A DNA stretch of 64,000 nucleotides from Bacteroidales bacterium (GCA_027858835.1 JAQIBY010000143.1:4332-68331), one strand, 5' to 3'; shown: positions 39,095 through 48,703, counted from the first letter of the stretch. Program-made: numbers and translations. The notes: generated by a model from the sequence alone, not told the origin.

Positions 39095-39436
39095 GCTATA
39101 CTGCAGAGAAAAAAGTGATAAATTATTCCATATTTCCTTTGCGTAACTTTGCGGTACAATTTAAAAATGCTGTACCGCAGAGAACCGCTAAGGAAGCGCA
39201 GAGGACCGCTAAGGAAAATGATAGCACTATACTGGAAAATTCTTTGTGTAACTTTGCTCCTTTGCGAAACTTTGCGGTACAATTTAAAAAGCTATACCGC
39301 AGAGAACCGCTAAATAAGCGCAGAGAACCGCAGAGGAAAACAATAGCACTATACTGGAAAATCTTAGCGAAACTTTGCTCCTTTGCGAAACTTTGCGGTA
39401 CAATTTAAAAATGCTGTACAGCAGAGAACCGCTAAT
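39095..39436 (+). repeat. Same tandem hairpin repeat array, right block (1 degenerate, 2 full and 1 partial unit)
   Basis: Units start at 39095, 39169, 39291 and 39413 (122-bp spacing between the last three starts), with the same hairpin and sub-repeats as the left block. Confidence 0.9.
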
Positions 39437-39475
39437 GTCGATTAAACATCCCAGCTTGAAACTTGTTATCCATAC

Positions 39476-39964
39476 ATGGAAAATCTTAAAATACCACATC
39501 GGATTTTACTTTTGCATTACGGAAAATCATCCGCTTTTGCAGGGAAAAACATCAAACTTCGAAATGCATTAGCAGAGGCAGTCATTCACGAGGCAAATCT
39601 CATGCATAAAATTCGGATTGATGAATCGGAAATCATTCATGCCGGCACGAAACATACAAGCGGTCACAGCATTATCGATCAGGTTGCAGATCAAATTTCA
39701 ATTGCCCCCGGAAAATCAGTGGGGCATTGGATAAAACAATTAGCTGCGAATGATACCATTGCTTTGCATGTTACAGAAAACTTGATTAATAATCAATTGT
39801 TAAAAGCACACAAAAACAAAGGCTTGTTCCGTAAGAAACCGACAACATACAGTCTGAACGGCAAAAACGACAGTCAGCTAGTATCAGATTATTTAAAGGA
39901 ATCTGCAAAATCGGATGCCCGAAGTACAATAAGTCTGGCTATTTTGACAAAACATGAAATTTGA
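39476..39964 (+). CDS. Hypothetical protein (weak GPP34/GOLPH3-like resemblance)
   Basis: 162 aa. The pattern HRILLLHYGKS...ALAEAVIHEANL...STISLAILTKHEI loosely recalls the GPP34 family. This was not verified. Confidence 0.3.
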   Translation: MENLKIPHRILLLHYGKSSAFAGKNIKLRNALAEAVIHEANLMHKIRIDESEIIHAGTKHTSGHSIIDQVADQISIAPGKSVGHWIKQLAANDTIALHVTENLINNQLLKAHKNKGLFRKKPTTYSLNGKNDSQLVSDYLKESAKSDARSTISLAILTKHEI

Positions 39965-40051
39965 TTATCAATCAATCTGAAACACAATTGGTAATACACG
40001 TATTTTTGACAAATTGTCTCTGTTCATAAAACAAGGCGGAATGCTATAATA

Positions 40052-41131
40052 TTACTGCTTTACAATTTTTCGAGTGATAATAGAGCCGGTACTTAAGTTT
40101 GAAATGCGTATCATGTATATACCCGACTGAAATGCAGAAACATCCAACGATATATCAGTATTAGTAGTTTTTTGTTTCATTAATGATTTTCCACAATAAT
40201 CAAACAAAACAATTTGATATCCTTTGGAAGATTTAATCGGAATTTCCAGATTTAAAACATCACTTACCGGATTAGGGTTAATCTTAGCATCCTGCAAATT
40301 TGATTGTACGCTTGCATTTGGTGGATCTCCCCAAACATACTCCACAAATTCCGGATTATCAACATAAGGATTTCTATTGTACTGCCAGTCGTAAATCGCA
40401 TTGTTTCGGTTCTGCTCTTTTTCACTCACAGGATCTTCCTCATGCCATGTCATTAGCATTGCCAAAGCACCGGGCTTTAGCTGTGAACCATCAACCATAT
40501 CATTACTATTGAAACTACCGTCTTCGCCATAATAGCGTGTTGCCATATAGAAATAAATGCGTGCAAAATCACCTTTATACTCATCAATGGGCTCAAAAAC
40601 GGTTTCATTTGTCCATGACAAAGCTGAGCTTCCTTTTTTACTTCCGTTTGTCGATGTCCAACTTGCACTGCTTACTTCCCCATAAACAAAATTACTCCGT
40701 TGTCCATTCGTATATCCATCGGAAGGAACCAATTGCACTAAATCTGAATACATCGGAGATTCATCATTAAACCAGGATTTTGGCCAGGAATGTTCACGGT
40801 TGTAGCAGGAGCCTTCGCCTGAATAATTTCCACACTGATCACTCCCAAATGTGTAATAATAAGATGGAGTTCCACCGGGGACATCACTATACATATCCCA
40901 TACTAAATTGCTGTTATCCGGTCTTGGGTCGGTATCTTCAAATGCTGACCACAAATCTTCATAACTCAATGAATTATGATTGTCGATGATATTGTGCAGC
41001 GCTTGCTGTAAGCTCTCTCCATATATTCCTTCTGCACTGTCGTAATATCCTGCCGGGATTTGTGCGGTGGCAAGAATGGCAGACAAAATGCCTGCCATTG
41101 TAAAAACAAATCGTTTGTAAAAAATGAACAT
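40052..41131 (-). CDS. Secreted endonuclease I family nuclease with T9SS C-terminal sorting domain
   Basis: Signal peptide. YNREHSWPKSWF and DLVQLVPSDGYTNGQRSN are endonuclease I-like. The last roughly 80 aa (NPNPVSDVLNLEI...GIYMIRISNLSTGSIITRKIVKQ) look like a type A T9SS sorting domain. Confidence 0.75.
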   Translation of the reverse strand: MFIFYKRFVFTMAGILSAILATAQIPAGYYDSAEGIYGESLQQALHNIIDNHNSLSYEDLWSAFEDTDPRPDNSNLVWDMYSDVPGGTPSYYYTFGSDQCGNYSGEGSCYNREHSWPKSWFNDESPMYSDLVQLVPSDGYTNGQRSNFVYGEVSSASWTSTNGSKKGSSALSWTNETVFEPIDEYKGDFARIYFYMATRYYGEDGSFNSNDMVDGSQLKPGALAMLMTWHEEDPVSEKEQNRNNAIYDWQYNRNPYVDNPEFVEYVWGDPPNASVQSNLQDAKINPNPVSDVLNLEIPIKSSKGYQIVLFDYCGKSLMKQKTTNTDISLDVSAFQSGIYMIRISNLSTGSIITRKIVKQ

Positions 41132-41134
41132 ATA

Positions 41135-42190
41135 TTATTCTTTAATTTCTTTAATCACGTAAATGTAAGCTGGGAAGTGGTCAGAATACCCACCCATATA
41201 TGTGTCCCCAACATAAGTTCTCCATGGATAACCTTTAAACCGACCTTCGCGCTGCGTGAGTTCCGGGTTATTATACACATGAGCTGCGTAATATTTATAG
41301 GTTTCTGGCTCTCCCAAAGCTAAGCTCGGGCTGATAATAACCTGATCGAAAAGATTCCATTTGTCGCGATAAGCACCTGAGCCAACGCCATCACGAAAAA
41401 GCTGAGCAAAAGGATTAAACAAATCGCCCTCTTTCAATTCTGATTTTTTGCGTTTTGCACGCAAATTATCCTCTAATGATTCGTTTACCGGATCGTCATT
41501 AAAGTCACCCATGACAACAATTTTTGCATCCTTATCCAAGGCCATTAGACTATCTACAATTTCTCGGGTTTTATCACCGGCAGCATTCCGTTTCGGACGA
41601 CTGGCTTTTTCTCCACCACTACGTGACGGCCAGTGATTTACAATAAAATACATGGGCTCTCCGTCAAATTTCCCGGAAACCAATAAATGATCTCTGGTTT
41701 TATCTTTCTTGTCAAAATCAAAATTCAAAGGAATTGATTTGTAATCACTTACTTCAAACACAGATTTGCGATACATAAATGCGACATCAACGCCGCGTTC
41801 ATCCGGTCCGTCAACATGAACATAGTCATATCCATATTTTTTCAAATCCGTTTTGTTAATTAAATCCTCAATTACAGTGGCATTTTCAACCTCAGAAATT
41901 CCGACAACAGCAGGGGGAAGTTTTGATAAGTCTGCACCAATTTTCAAAATTACTGAAGATAATCTTTCCAATTTTTCTTCGTAAATCTTGGTATTATAGT
42001 TTTTATCTCCTTCGGGAGTAAATTCATCATTAAGAAAAATGTCAGGATCATTAATTGTATCAAACAAGTTTTCAAGGTTGTAAAAAGCAATCGTACTAAC
42101 TTTATATTGCTTTTCCTGAGCATTCACATTAAATGTGAAAAAGATTGCGAGCAATGCAATTGCAATAGTGTATAAACGTTTCATAAACAA
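41135..42190 (-). CDS. Secreted endonuclease/exonuclease/phosphatase (EEP) family protein
   Basis: Signal peptide. IAFYNLENLFD near the N-terminus and GGYSDHFP near the C-terminus are EEP catalytic motifs. Confidence 0.75.
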   Translation of the reverse strand: MFMKRLYTIAIALLAIFFTFNVNAQEKQYKVSTIAFYNLENLFDTINDPDIFLNDEFTPEGDKNYNTKIYEEKLERLSSVILKIGADLSKLPPAVVGISEVENATVIEDLINKTDLKKYGYDYVHVDGPDERGVDVAFMYRKSVFEVSDYKSIPLNFDFDKKDKTRDHLLVSGKFDGEPMYFIVNHWPSRSGGEKASRPKRNAAGDKTREIVDSLMALDKDAKIVVMGDFNDDPVNESLEDNLRAKRKKSELKEGDLFNPFAQLFRDGVGSGAYRDKWNLFDQVIISPSLALGEPETYKYYAAHVYNNPELTQREGRFKGYPWRTYVGDTYMGGYSDHFPAYIYVIKEIKE

Positions 42191-42208
42191 AATATTTTCA
42201 AATTTTAA

Positions 42209-43144
42209 TTATCTGTCAAGCAAATTTCTTGCCATGGATTGGAAAACTCCTTCTTTTAAAGCGTAAGCCGAACGAATCATCACTTTAATCCGGAACAAAT
42301 TTATCAGAAATTCTGTAAAAACCGAAGCTAATGGAATCATTTCTACTCGCATGGCTTCCATTCCCGGTATTTTCAGGCGTTTTTCACGACTTTTTTGGGT
42401 TAGTTCCTGATAGATTTCCAGCCAATATTCACGAGGAATTTCGTACCATTCGGCATGTTTGTATGTCCCTACCAGCCCGGCCTTGTGTATATAAATGGAT
42501 GCAAAGGTATCGAAACTTCCGGATGATCCAATTAGCACTTTGGGTTGATATTTTTCTGCAATTGAAATTAATTCTTTCATTTCAACAGAGAGGTAGTCAT
42601 GAATATCCTTAATGTTTTGTTCGGTAAGGGGGTCGGATGGTTGAAATTTCAACAGCAAGCGAGCAATTCCCAAATCAAAGGATTTTCGATAATAGACTTT
42701 TCCCATGCTAGCAATTTGAATTTCATTACTGCCGCCACCAATATCGAGTAATAAATACGGTTTTTCATCCATGGGAACCGCCTGACGAACACCACGATAT
42801 ATAAATTCCGCTTCTTGTTCTCCGGAAATAATATTAAGCTGATATCCGGTAATTGTTTTTACTCGGGATATTATTTCTTGCTGATTTTTAGCATTACGCA
42901 CTCCTGATGTTGCAAACACCTGTGTATTTTCAACATTATATTTGCTGATTGTTTCCCGGTATTTTGACAGGACAGTCAGCACTCGTTGAATTGCCGGTTC
43001 AGAAACATTTCCGTTCGAAAACCCTTCGGCTCCCAGTTTAATTGGTTGCTTTTCGGCATGTAACACATCAAGTTTGTGCGGCGACCAGTCTGCAATGCTC
43101 AAATTACAAGTATTGGTTCCTAAATCTATGCTTGCAAGTCTCAT
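42209..43144 (-). CDS. Ppx/GppA family phosphatase (exopolyphosphatase-like)
   Basis: MRLASIDLGTNTCNL, LLDIGGGSNE and IGSSGSF ASKHA-fold motifs. 311 aa. Confidence 0.8.
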   Translation of the reverse strand: MRLASIDLGTNTCNLSIADWSPHKLDVLHAEKQPIKLGAEGFSNGNVSEPAIQRVLTVLSKYRETISKYNVENTQVFATSGVRNAKNQQEIISRVKTITGYQLNIISGEQEAEFIYRGVRQAVPMDEKPYLLLDIGGGSNEIQIASMGKVYYRKSFDLGIARLLLKFQPSDPLTEQNIKDIHDYLSVEMKELISIAEKYQPKVLIGSSGSFDTFASIYIHKAGLVGTYKHAEWYEIPREYWLEIYQELTQKSREKRLKIPGMEAMRVEMIPLASVFTEFLINLFRIKVMIRSAYALKEGVFQSMARNLLDR

Positions 43145-43145
43145 T

Positions 43146-44510
43146 CTAGTTTTTATAACGAATCCATTTCCATAGTTCTTTATAGCTCACTTTTTTACCG
43201 TACATCAGAATTCCTATTCGATAAATTTTTCCTGATAGCCACACCATGAAGATAAAGCTCAGAATTAAAACCGAAAAGGATAATACCAAATCAATGACGG
43301 GAACTCCAAACGGAATTCGTACCATCATTACAATGGGTGAAGTAAACGGAATGATTGAGAACCACCATGCCAAACTGCTTTCCGGGCTGTTTATGACGGA
43401 AAACATCACAATCAACCCCAAGACAAGCGGCAGCGAAATCGGCAACATAAACTGCTGAGTATCTGCCTCGTTGTCAACCGCTGCACCAACCGCAGCAAAC
43501 ATTCCGGCATATAACAAATATCCGAAAAGGAAATAGAACAAAAATGCCCCGATTAATAAGGGGAAATTAATAGAAGAAAGTGCGTTTAAAGCATTTTCAA
43601 TTTTCCCGGAAAACTGATCCTGTATTGGGCTGTTACCAACTTGAGCATTTGAAGATATGAGTTGCTCCATTTGCGGTGATTGCTGAAAACCTTTAATATC
43701 ATCAAGCAAAATAAATTGAGCAGCTGTAACGATTCCAAAGGTTAATATAATCCACAGGATAAATTGTGTTAATCCAACCAAAGCAATTCCAATAATTTTT
43801 CCCATCATTAATTTGAAAGGACGAACAGAAGAAACAATGATTTCTACGATTCGGTTGGATTTTTCTTCAATTACACCACGCATAACTTGAGATCCATACA
43901 TGAACACAAACATGTAAATAAGGAATCCGGCAATATAACCGATAATCATTGCTATTTCAGTACTGGTGCTTTTTTGCTCCCCGTTATCATTGATGATTCG
44001 TGTTTTGATATCGACGTTAGTTTCAACGGCTTTAATTACATTTCGCAGCGCCTCTTTTTCAACGCCAAGTTCTTCTCCTTTAATTTGCAGCTTTGCGTCA
44101 GTAATGTATTTTTCCATGTGATTAAGCAGTTCCATTTGAACTGCCAATCCAGGTTGCTTGTAAGAATACATCATTGCACTGCTGCGTCCAGTACTAACAA
44201 TGTTATTCGGAATATAAAGCACTGCATAAAAATCGTTTTGTTTCATCAACTCAAGAGCAGCATCAACATCCATGCTTTGGAGATATTCATATTTTAAATA
44301 TTCGCTATCCTCAAACTGATCAACAAACAAAAAGGAATCATCCAGAATTGCAATGGTTTTTTCCTCTGTATCTTTAATCTGAGCCAACCAAATTGGTACA
44401 ATCATTAGGGCAGCAAATAAAATCGGCCCTAAAATGGTCATAATAATAAAGGTTTTCTTTTTTACTCGGCTCAAATATTCTCGTCTAATAATAATACTAG
44501 TTCTATTCAT
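43146..44510 (-). CDS. ABC-2 type transporter permease (NatB-like)
   Basis: Start chosen at MNRTSIIIRREYL (44510). One N-terminal transmembrane span, a large extracytoplasmic loop and about 5 C-terminal spans. It overlaps the upstream ATPase gene. Confidence 0.7.
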   Translation of the reverse strand: MNRTSIIIRREYLSRVKKKTFIIMTILGPILFAALMIVPIWLAQIKDTEEKTIAILDDSFLFVDQFEDSEYLKYEYLQSMDVDAALELMKQNDFYAVLYIPNNIVSTGRSSAMMYSYKQPGLAVQMELLNHMEKYITDAKLQIKGEELGVEKEALRNVIKAVETNVDIKTRIINDNGEQKSTSTEIAMIIGYIAGFLIYMFVFMYGSQVMRGVIEEKSNRIVEIIVSSVRPFKLMMGKIIGIALVGLTQFILWIILTFGIVTAAQFILLDDIKGFQQSPQMEQLISSNAQVGNSPIQDQFSGKIENALNALSSINFPLLIGAFLFYFLFGYLLYAGMFAAVGAAVDNEADTQQFMLPISLPLVLGLIVMFSVINSPESSLAWWFSIIPFTSPIVMMVRIPFGVPVIDLVLSFSVLILSFIFMVWLSGKIYRIGILMYGKKVSYKELWKWIRYKN

Positions 44511-44514
44511 AGCT

Positions 44515-45459
44515 TTAATTATTAACAGGTTGGTCGTTTTCTTCAACAAGTGAAATAAATACAGAATTCATACTTGGTATAATCTGTCTGAAAGATTTCA
44601 ACTCTCCTTTGGGTAATAAAAATTTGATCAAATCATTGGCTGAAAAATTATCATTCAATTGCTTTAAGCGTATGCTTGTTTCACCGTTTAAAGGAGTTGT
44701 TTGCAAAATTTCATAATCAGAGGTCATTGCCAAATCAGGATTTGTAAACTCTCCTTCAAAGATGATTTCATAAATATCAGGAGCATACCGTTTCCGAATG
44801 GTATCAATATTCCCCTCAACTACAATTTTGGACTTATTGATAAGCGCAATATCATCACAAATTTCCTCAACGGAGGACATGTTGTGTGTACTGAAAATTA
44901 CGGTAGCTCCTTTATCACGGAGTTCCAAAATTTCATTTTTTAACAAGTTTGCATTAATTGGGTCAAAGCCGGAAAACGGCTCATCAAAAATCAGCAATTC
45001 CGGTTCGTGCAACACGGTGGTAATGAATTGTACTTTTTGAGCCATTCCTTTTGAAAGCGCTTCCACTTTTTTATCCCACCAAGACTCAATTCCAAATTTC
45101 TCAAACCAATATTTGAGCCGTTTTGCAGCATCAACGCGGCTTAAGCCTTTAAGTTGCGTTAAATACATTGCTTGTTCGCCAACTTTCATTTTTTTGTATA
45201 ATCCACGTTCTTCAGGCAAATAGCCAATATTTCGGATATGTTTTTTATTTAAAGCTTGTCCGAGCAACTCAATTGTACCACCGTCGGGTGCAGTAATTTG
45301 ATTCAAAATTCGAATAAAACTGGTTTTTCCGGCACCATTCGGCCCTAGCAATCCGTAAATACTCCCCTTGGGGACAGACAAACTTACATTGTCCAATGCT
45401 TTGTGACCGGCATATTGTTTTGTCACATTTTCAGCTCGCAGAATGTAATCCATAATCAT
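44515..45459 (-). CDS. ABC transporter ATP-binding protein
   Basis: GPNGAGKTS Walker A, LSKGMAQKV signature and LLIFDEPFSGFD Walker B. Confidence 0.9.
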   Translation of the reverse strand: MIMDYILRAENVTKQYAGHKALDNVSLSVPKGSIYGLLGPNGAGKTSFIRILNQITAPDGGTIELLGQALNKKHIRNIGYLPEERGLYKKMKVGEQAMYLTQLKGLSRVDAAKRLKYWFEKFGIESWWDKKVEALSKGMAQKVQFITTVLHEPELLIFDEPFSGFDPINANLLKNEILELRDKGATVIFSTHNMSSVEEICDDIALINKSKIVVEGNIDTIRKRYAPDIYEIIFEGEFTNPDLAMTSDYEILQTTPLNGETSIRLKQLNDNFSANDLIKFLLPKGELKSFRQIIPSMNSVFISLVEENDQPVNN

Positions 45460-45626
45460 TTAAAATTTGACGTGAAAATAATGATAATATGTGTGAATGC
45501 TGTTAATATTTTTATAAAGAATTAAAAAAACTTGCTAAAACCACGGCACGATTTTTATTACAGCTTAATAAAGCAATATTTTTAAAGCCGTAGAGTTATT
45601 AAAAATGATGTTATCTTAGCAAATCT

Positions 45627-47027
45627 ATGAATTTTAAAATTCGACATATTATTTTATTGATTGGGGCCGTCTTTACGTTTCAAAGCCTTAGTGCAACACG
45701 TATTCACGGGACTGTGAGCGATTATGCGAATTTTGAATTGATTTTTTATCGTTACAGCGATTTAATCACAGAAAAAACCGACACACTCTTTACGCTTCGG
45801 ATAGATTCAGACGGGAGTTTTGACAAAACATTTGAAATGGCAGATACTGCGCCCGTGTACACACTGGTAGGAATCTATAAAATTTGGTTTGTCGCTGAAC
45901 CTAATGGTGATTACGATTTAGTTTTTCCTGATTATGTGGAGAAAACCAATGCCGAAATTTACAATCCATTTTTTAAGCCAATCTTATTAATGGCGGGAAT
46001 GAAAGGACAGGGAAAAACAGATCTGAATTATTTAATAAATCAATTTGACAGTTTTTACAACGATTATCTCGATAGCCACTTGCTGGATTTCCTTGCCAGA
46101 GGAAGAGATTCCGGTGTGGAATTTTACATTGACAGCTTGAAACAAGATTTTTCATATCATGAAAACAACTACTTCAATGCCTGGAAAAAATTCCGTTTTG
46201 CAAATTTAAGACGCATTGCTTACGAACGCAACCATCGATTTACCATCAATCAGTATTTCAGACAGGATGAGGTGCATTATCAAAATCCCGCTTACATGTT
46301 TTTATTTAAGGAATTGTTTGAAAATTATTTTGACCGTTTCTTGCTGCGACCAGATGGAGAAGAATTACTCAAGGCTGTCAATTTGGCAAAAAGTCCTCAT
46401 GCTATTTCAAAAGTACTCAGCCGGATGTTTGAACTCGACAATCAGGCATTGCAAGAATATGTTATGATAAAAGGACTGCGCGATGCATATTTTGGAGATA
46501 ACTTCAGAAAGCAACCCATTTTAATTACGCTGGATTCAATTGCTGATTTTTCAAACTTCCCTGAACATCGAATTGCGGCAAAAAATGTCATTGAGTCGCT
46601 TACCCATCTTGCAAAAGGCACACTTGCGCCGGATTTTAGTTTTTCAACAATTGACGGCAAACAAGGGATGCTTTCTGAACTGAAAAATCGCTATTTGTAT
46701 GTGGCTTTTTACCAAACAGAACTTACAACTTGCCAACAAGAAATCGGACCATTGATTGAGCAAGCAATAAAACATAATGGAGATTTTGAAGTGCTAATGG
46801 TATTGTTTGATGAGGATAAATATAAAGCGATGAATCAATTAAAACATCTTGACATTCCTTTTGAAATTGTTTTTCCTGACAATCCCGAACAAATTAAGAA
46901 ACAGTGGAATCTTAAAACCTTCCCGACCTATTTTCTGTTGGATACACAAGGAAAGTTTATTTTTTCACCTGCACCCTCACCAACTGAACAATTTGAGAAT
47001 TATTTCTTTCGCTATGTAAAAGATTAA
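45627..47027 (+). CDS. Thioredoxin-fold (TlpA/redoxin-like) protein with N-terminal extension and degenerate CxxC
   Basis: 466 aa with a signal peptide. The C-terminal roughly 130 aa is redoxin-like (APDFSFSTIDGKQGMLSELKNRYLYVAFYQTELTTCQQE ... FPTYFLLD), but only one Cys sits where WCxPC is expected. Confidence 0.45.
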   Translation: MNFKIRHIILLIGAVFTFQSLSATRIHGTVSDYANFELIFYRYSDLITEKTDTLFTLRIDSDGSFDKTFEMADTAPVYTLVGIYKIWFVAEPNGDYDLVFPDYVEKTNAEIYNPFFKPILLMAGMKGQGKTDLNYLINQFDSFYNDYLDSHLLDFLARGRDSGVEFYIDSLKQDFSYHENNYFNAWKKFRFANLRRIAYERNHRFTINQYFRQDEVHYQNPAYMFLFKELFENYFDRFLLRPDGEELLKAVNLAKSPHAISKVLSRMFELDNQALQEYVMIKGLRDAYFGDNFRKQPILITLDSIADFSNFPEHRIAAKNVIESLTHLAKGTLAPDFSFSTIDGKQGMLSELKNRYLYVAFYQTELTTCQQEIGPLIEQAIKHNGDFEVLMVLFDEDKYKAMNQLKHLDIPFEIVFPDNPEQIKKQWNLKTFPTYFLLDTQGKFIFSPAPSPTEQFENYFFRYVKD

Positions 47028-47653
47028 TCAGGCAATATCATACCAATCGTTTCCAGAAAATTCTGAATAGAACCATACGTGTTTTTCATCAAAGGATAAA
47101 TAGTCTCTCTGTCCACCCACACGCAACGCTGAATACCCTCTTCCAACTGAGGCTCTAGCATTTCCGTATTTCCGGCGTATAACATCCCGAACCAATGTGT
47201 TGTCTTTAAACGTGTTTTTTTATTCTGTTTGTAGATATGATAAGTTTTTCCCAAAGCATCCTGAATGCTCAAAGTATTAATATCCATGCCACATTCTTCG
47301 GAGACTTCACGTAAAGCACAGGTTTCGGGAGATTCTCCTTTTTCTGCTTTCCCTTTTGGCAAATCCCACTTTCCGTTTCGAAAAATAAAAAGTTTCAGTC
47401 CGCTTTTTGTGGACACAATCCCGCCTGCAGCCGTTACTGGATCGAGTAAAGACTGTAGTAACGCAAGTCCTCTTTCCGGAGATGTTCCAAAAATATTTAA
47501 ATGTTTCAATTGATTATTTGTAGTGAAGCGGATAATCTGTATTTTTAGGTCGCCAAGTTCGTTCATCGAAATGGACTGAAAACCTGAAGTTTCAAGCTTC
47601 AGTTTTTCCTTAGTTATCGAAATAAATCGATTTTTGAAATAAATTTTAATCAT
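47024..47653 (-). CDS. NUDIX hydrolase
   Basis: NUDIX box GKAEKGESPETCALREVSEECG. Start chosen at MIKIYF (47653), which avoids overlap with divergent pyrE. Confidence 0.8.
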   Translation of the reverse strand: MIKIYFKNRFISITKEKLKLETSGFQSISMNELGDLKIQIIRFTTNNQLKHLNIFGTSPERGLALLQSLLDPVTAAGGIVSTKSGLKLFIFRNGKWDLPKGKAEKGESPETCALREVSEECGMDINTLSIQDALGKTYHIYKQNKKTRLKTTHWFGMLYAGNTEMLEPQLEEGIQRCVWVDRETIYPLMKNTYGSIQNFLETIGMILPD

Positions 47654-47656
47654 ATC

Positions 47657-48289
47657 ATGGAAAATACTGCAAAACAAATTGCAAATTATTTAATGCAAAT
47701 TAACGCAATTAAACTTGAGCCGCAAAACCATTTTACATGGGCATCAGGTTGGTACAGCCCAATTTATTGCGACAACCGTAAAACGCTGTCATATCCGACA
47801 ATTCGTACATTTATCAGAGATGCTTTTGTTGAAAATGCAAATGCAAATTTTGAAGATTTCGATGTCGTTGTCGGTGTTGCAACAGGTGGAATTGCGCATG
47901 GGGCATTGGTTGCCGATGTCATGAATAAACCATTTGCCTATGTGCGTTCATCCTCAAAAGGACACGGACTCGGAAATCAAATTGAAGGAGTGGTGTCAGC
48001 CGGACAAAAAATTTTAGTGATTGAAGATTTGATTTCAACCGGAGGAAGTAGCTTAAAAGCCGTTGATGCATTGCGAGAAGCAGGTTGCAAAGTAGTTGGT
48101 ATGATTGCAATTTTCACTTATGAATTTCAGGTGGCAGCATCAAATTTCGAAGCGAAAAAAGTAAAATGCACAACCCTGAGCAGTTACAATGCATTAATTG
48201 ATGCCGCAACAGAGGCGGGCTACATCCAGGATTCAGATGTGGAAACCCTGAAGGCATGGCGACAAGATCCCGGAAACTGGAAAAAATAA
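47657..48289 (+). CDS. pyrE: Orotate phosphoribosyltransferase
   Basis: 210 aa. FTWASGWYSPIYCDNR and the PRPP-binding VIEDLISTGGS. Confidence 0.92.
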   Translation: MENTAKQIANYLMQINAIKLEPQNHFTWASGWYSPIYCDNRKTLSYPTIRTFIRDAFVENANANFEDFDVVVGVATGGIAHGALVADVMNKPFAYVRSSSKGHGLGNQIEGVVSAGQKILVIEDLISTGGSSLKAVDALREAGCKVVGMIAIFTYEFQVAASNFEAKKVKCTTLSSYNALIDAATEAGYIQDSDVETLKAWRQDPGNWKK

Positions 48290-48295
48290 TATGAC

Positions 48296-48703
48296 ATGGG
48301 TAGCTTGAAAGTTGTCAGCAAAATTGGTAAAATTCAAAATGCCGATGAACGGATTTTTCAATTTTTATCTGACTTTCGGAATTTCGATAGATTAATTCCT
48401 CCCGATGTAGAAGGCTGGGAATCAGATGCGAATAGTTGTCATTTTCGGTTAAAAGGACAAGCAATTGAATTACACATTGTGGAAAGAATTCCTTTTAAAA
48501 CCATAAAAATACAATCCGATGATGGGTCTGCATTTCCATTTACATTTTGGATTCAACTTATTTCAGCATCAGCATATGATACTCGAGTGCGACTAACGAT
48601 TCATGCCGATGTAAATATGATGATGAGGGTTGTGATGAAAAAACAATTGAAAAAAGGACTAGATCAATTGGTTAATCAATTAGCGATTATTCCGTATCCA
48701 TAA
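48296..48703 (+). CDS. SRPBCC (START/polyketide-cyclase-like) family protein
   Basis: 135 aa. Size and pattern are consistent with the SRPBCC fold. The assignment is weak. Confidence 0.4.
   Translation: MGSLKVVSKIGKIQNADERIFQFLSDFRNFDRLIPPDVEGWESDANSCHFRLKGQAIELHIVERIPFKTIKIQSDDGSAFPFTFWIQLISASAYDTRVRLTIHADVNMMMRVVMKKQLKKGLDQLVNQLAIIPYP

Noticed and set aside
38160-39436. CRISPR array interpretation of the regularly spaced palindromes
   Set aside because: The sequence between the hairpins is itself conserved from unit to unit, so there are no unique spacers. The period (123 bp) is about twice that of a CRISPR repeat plus spacer, and no cas genes are present in the window.
38154-39499. Long ORFs on both strands through the repeat array (38154..38549, 38162..38371, 38265..38513, 38275..38604, 39043..39282, 39115..39408, 39284..39499)
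   Set aside because: They mutually overlap in several frames and on both strands. They consist of the same 123-bp unit translated repeatedly (YRKVSQRSKV..., RTAKENDSTILE...) and have no independent start context. They are artefacts of stop-free repeats.
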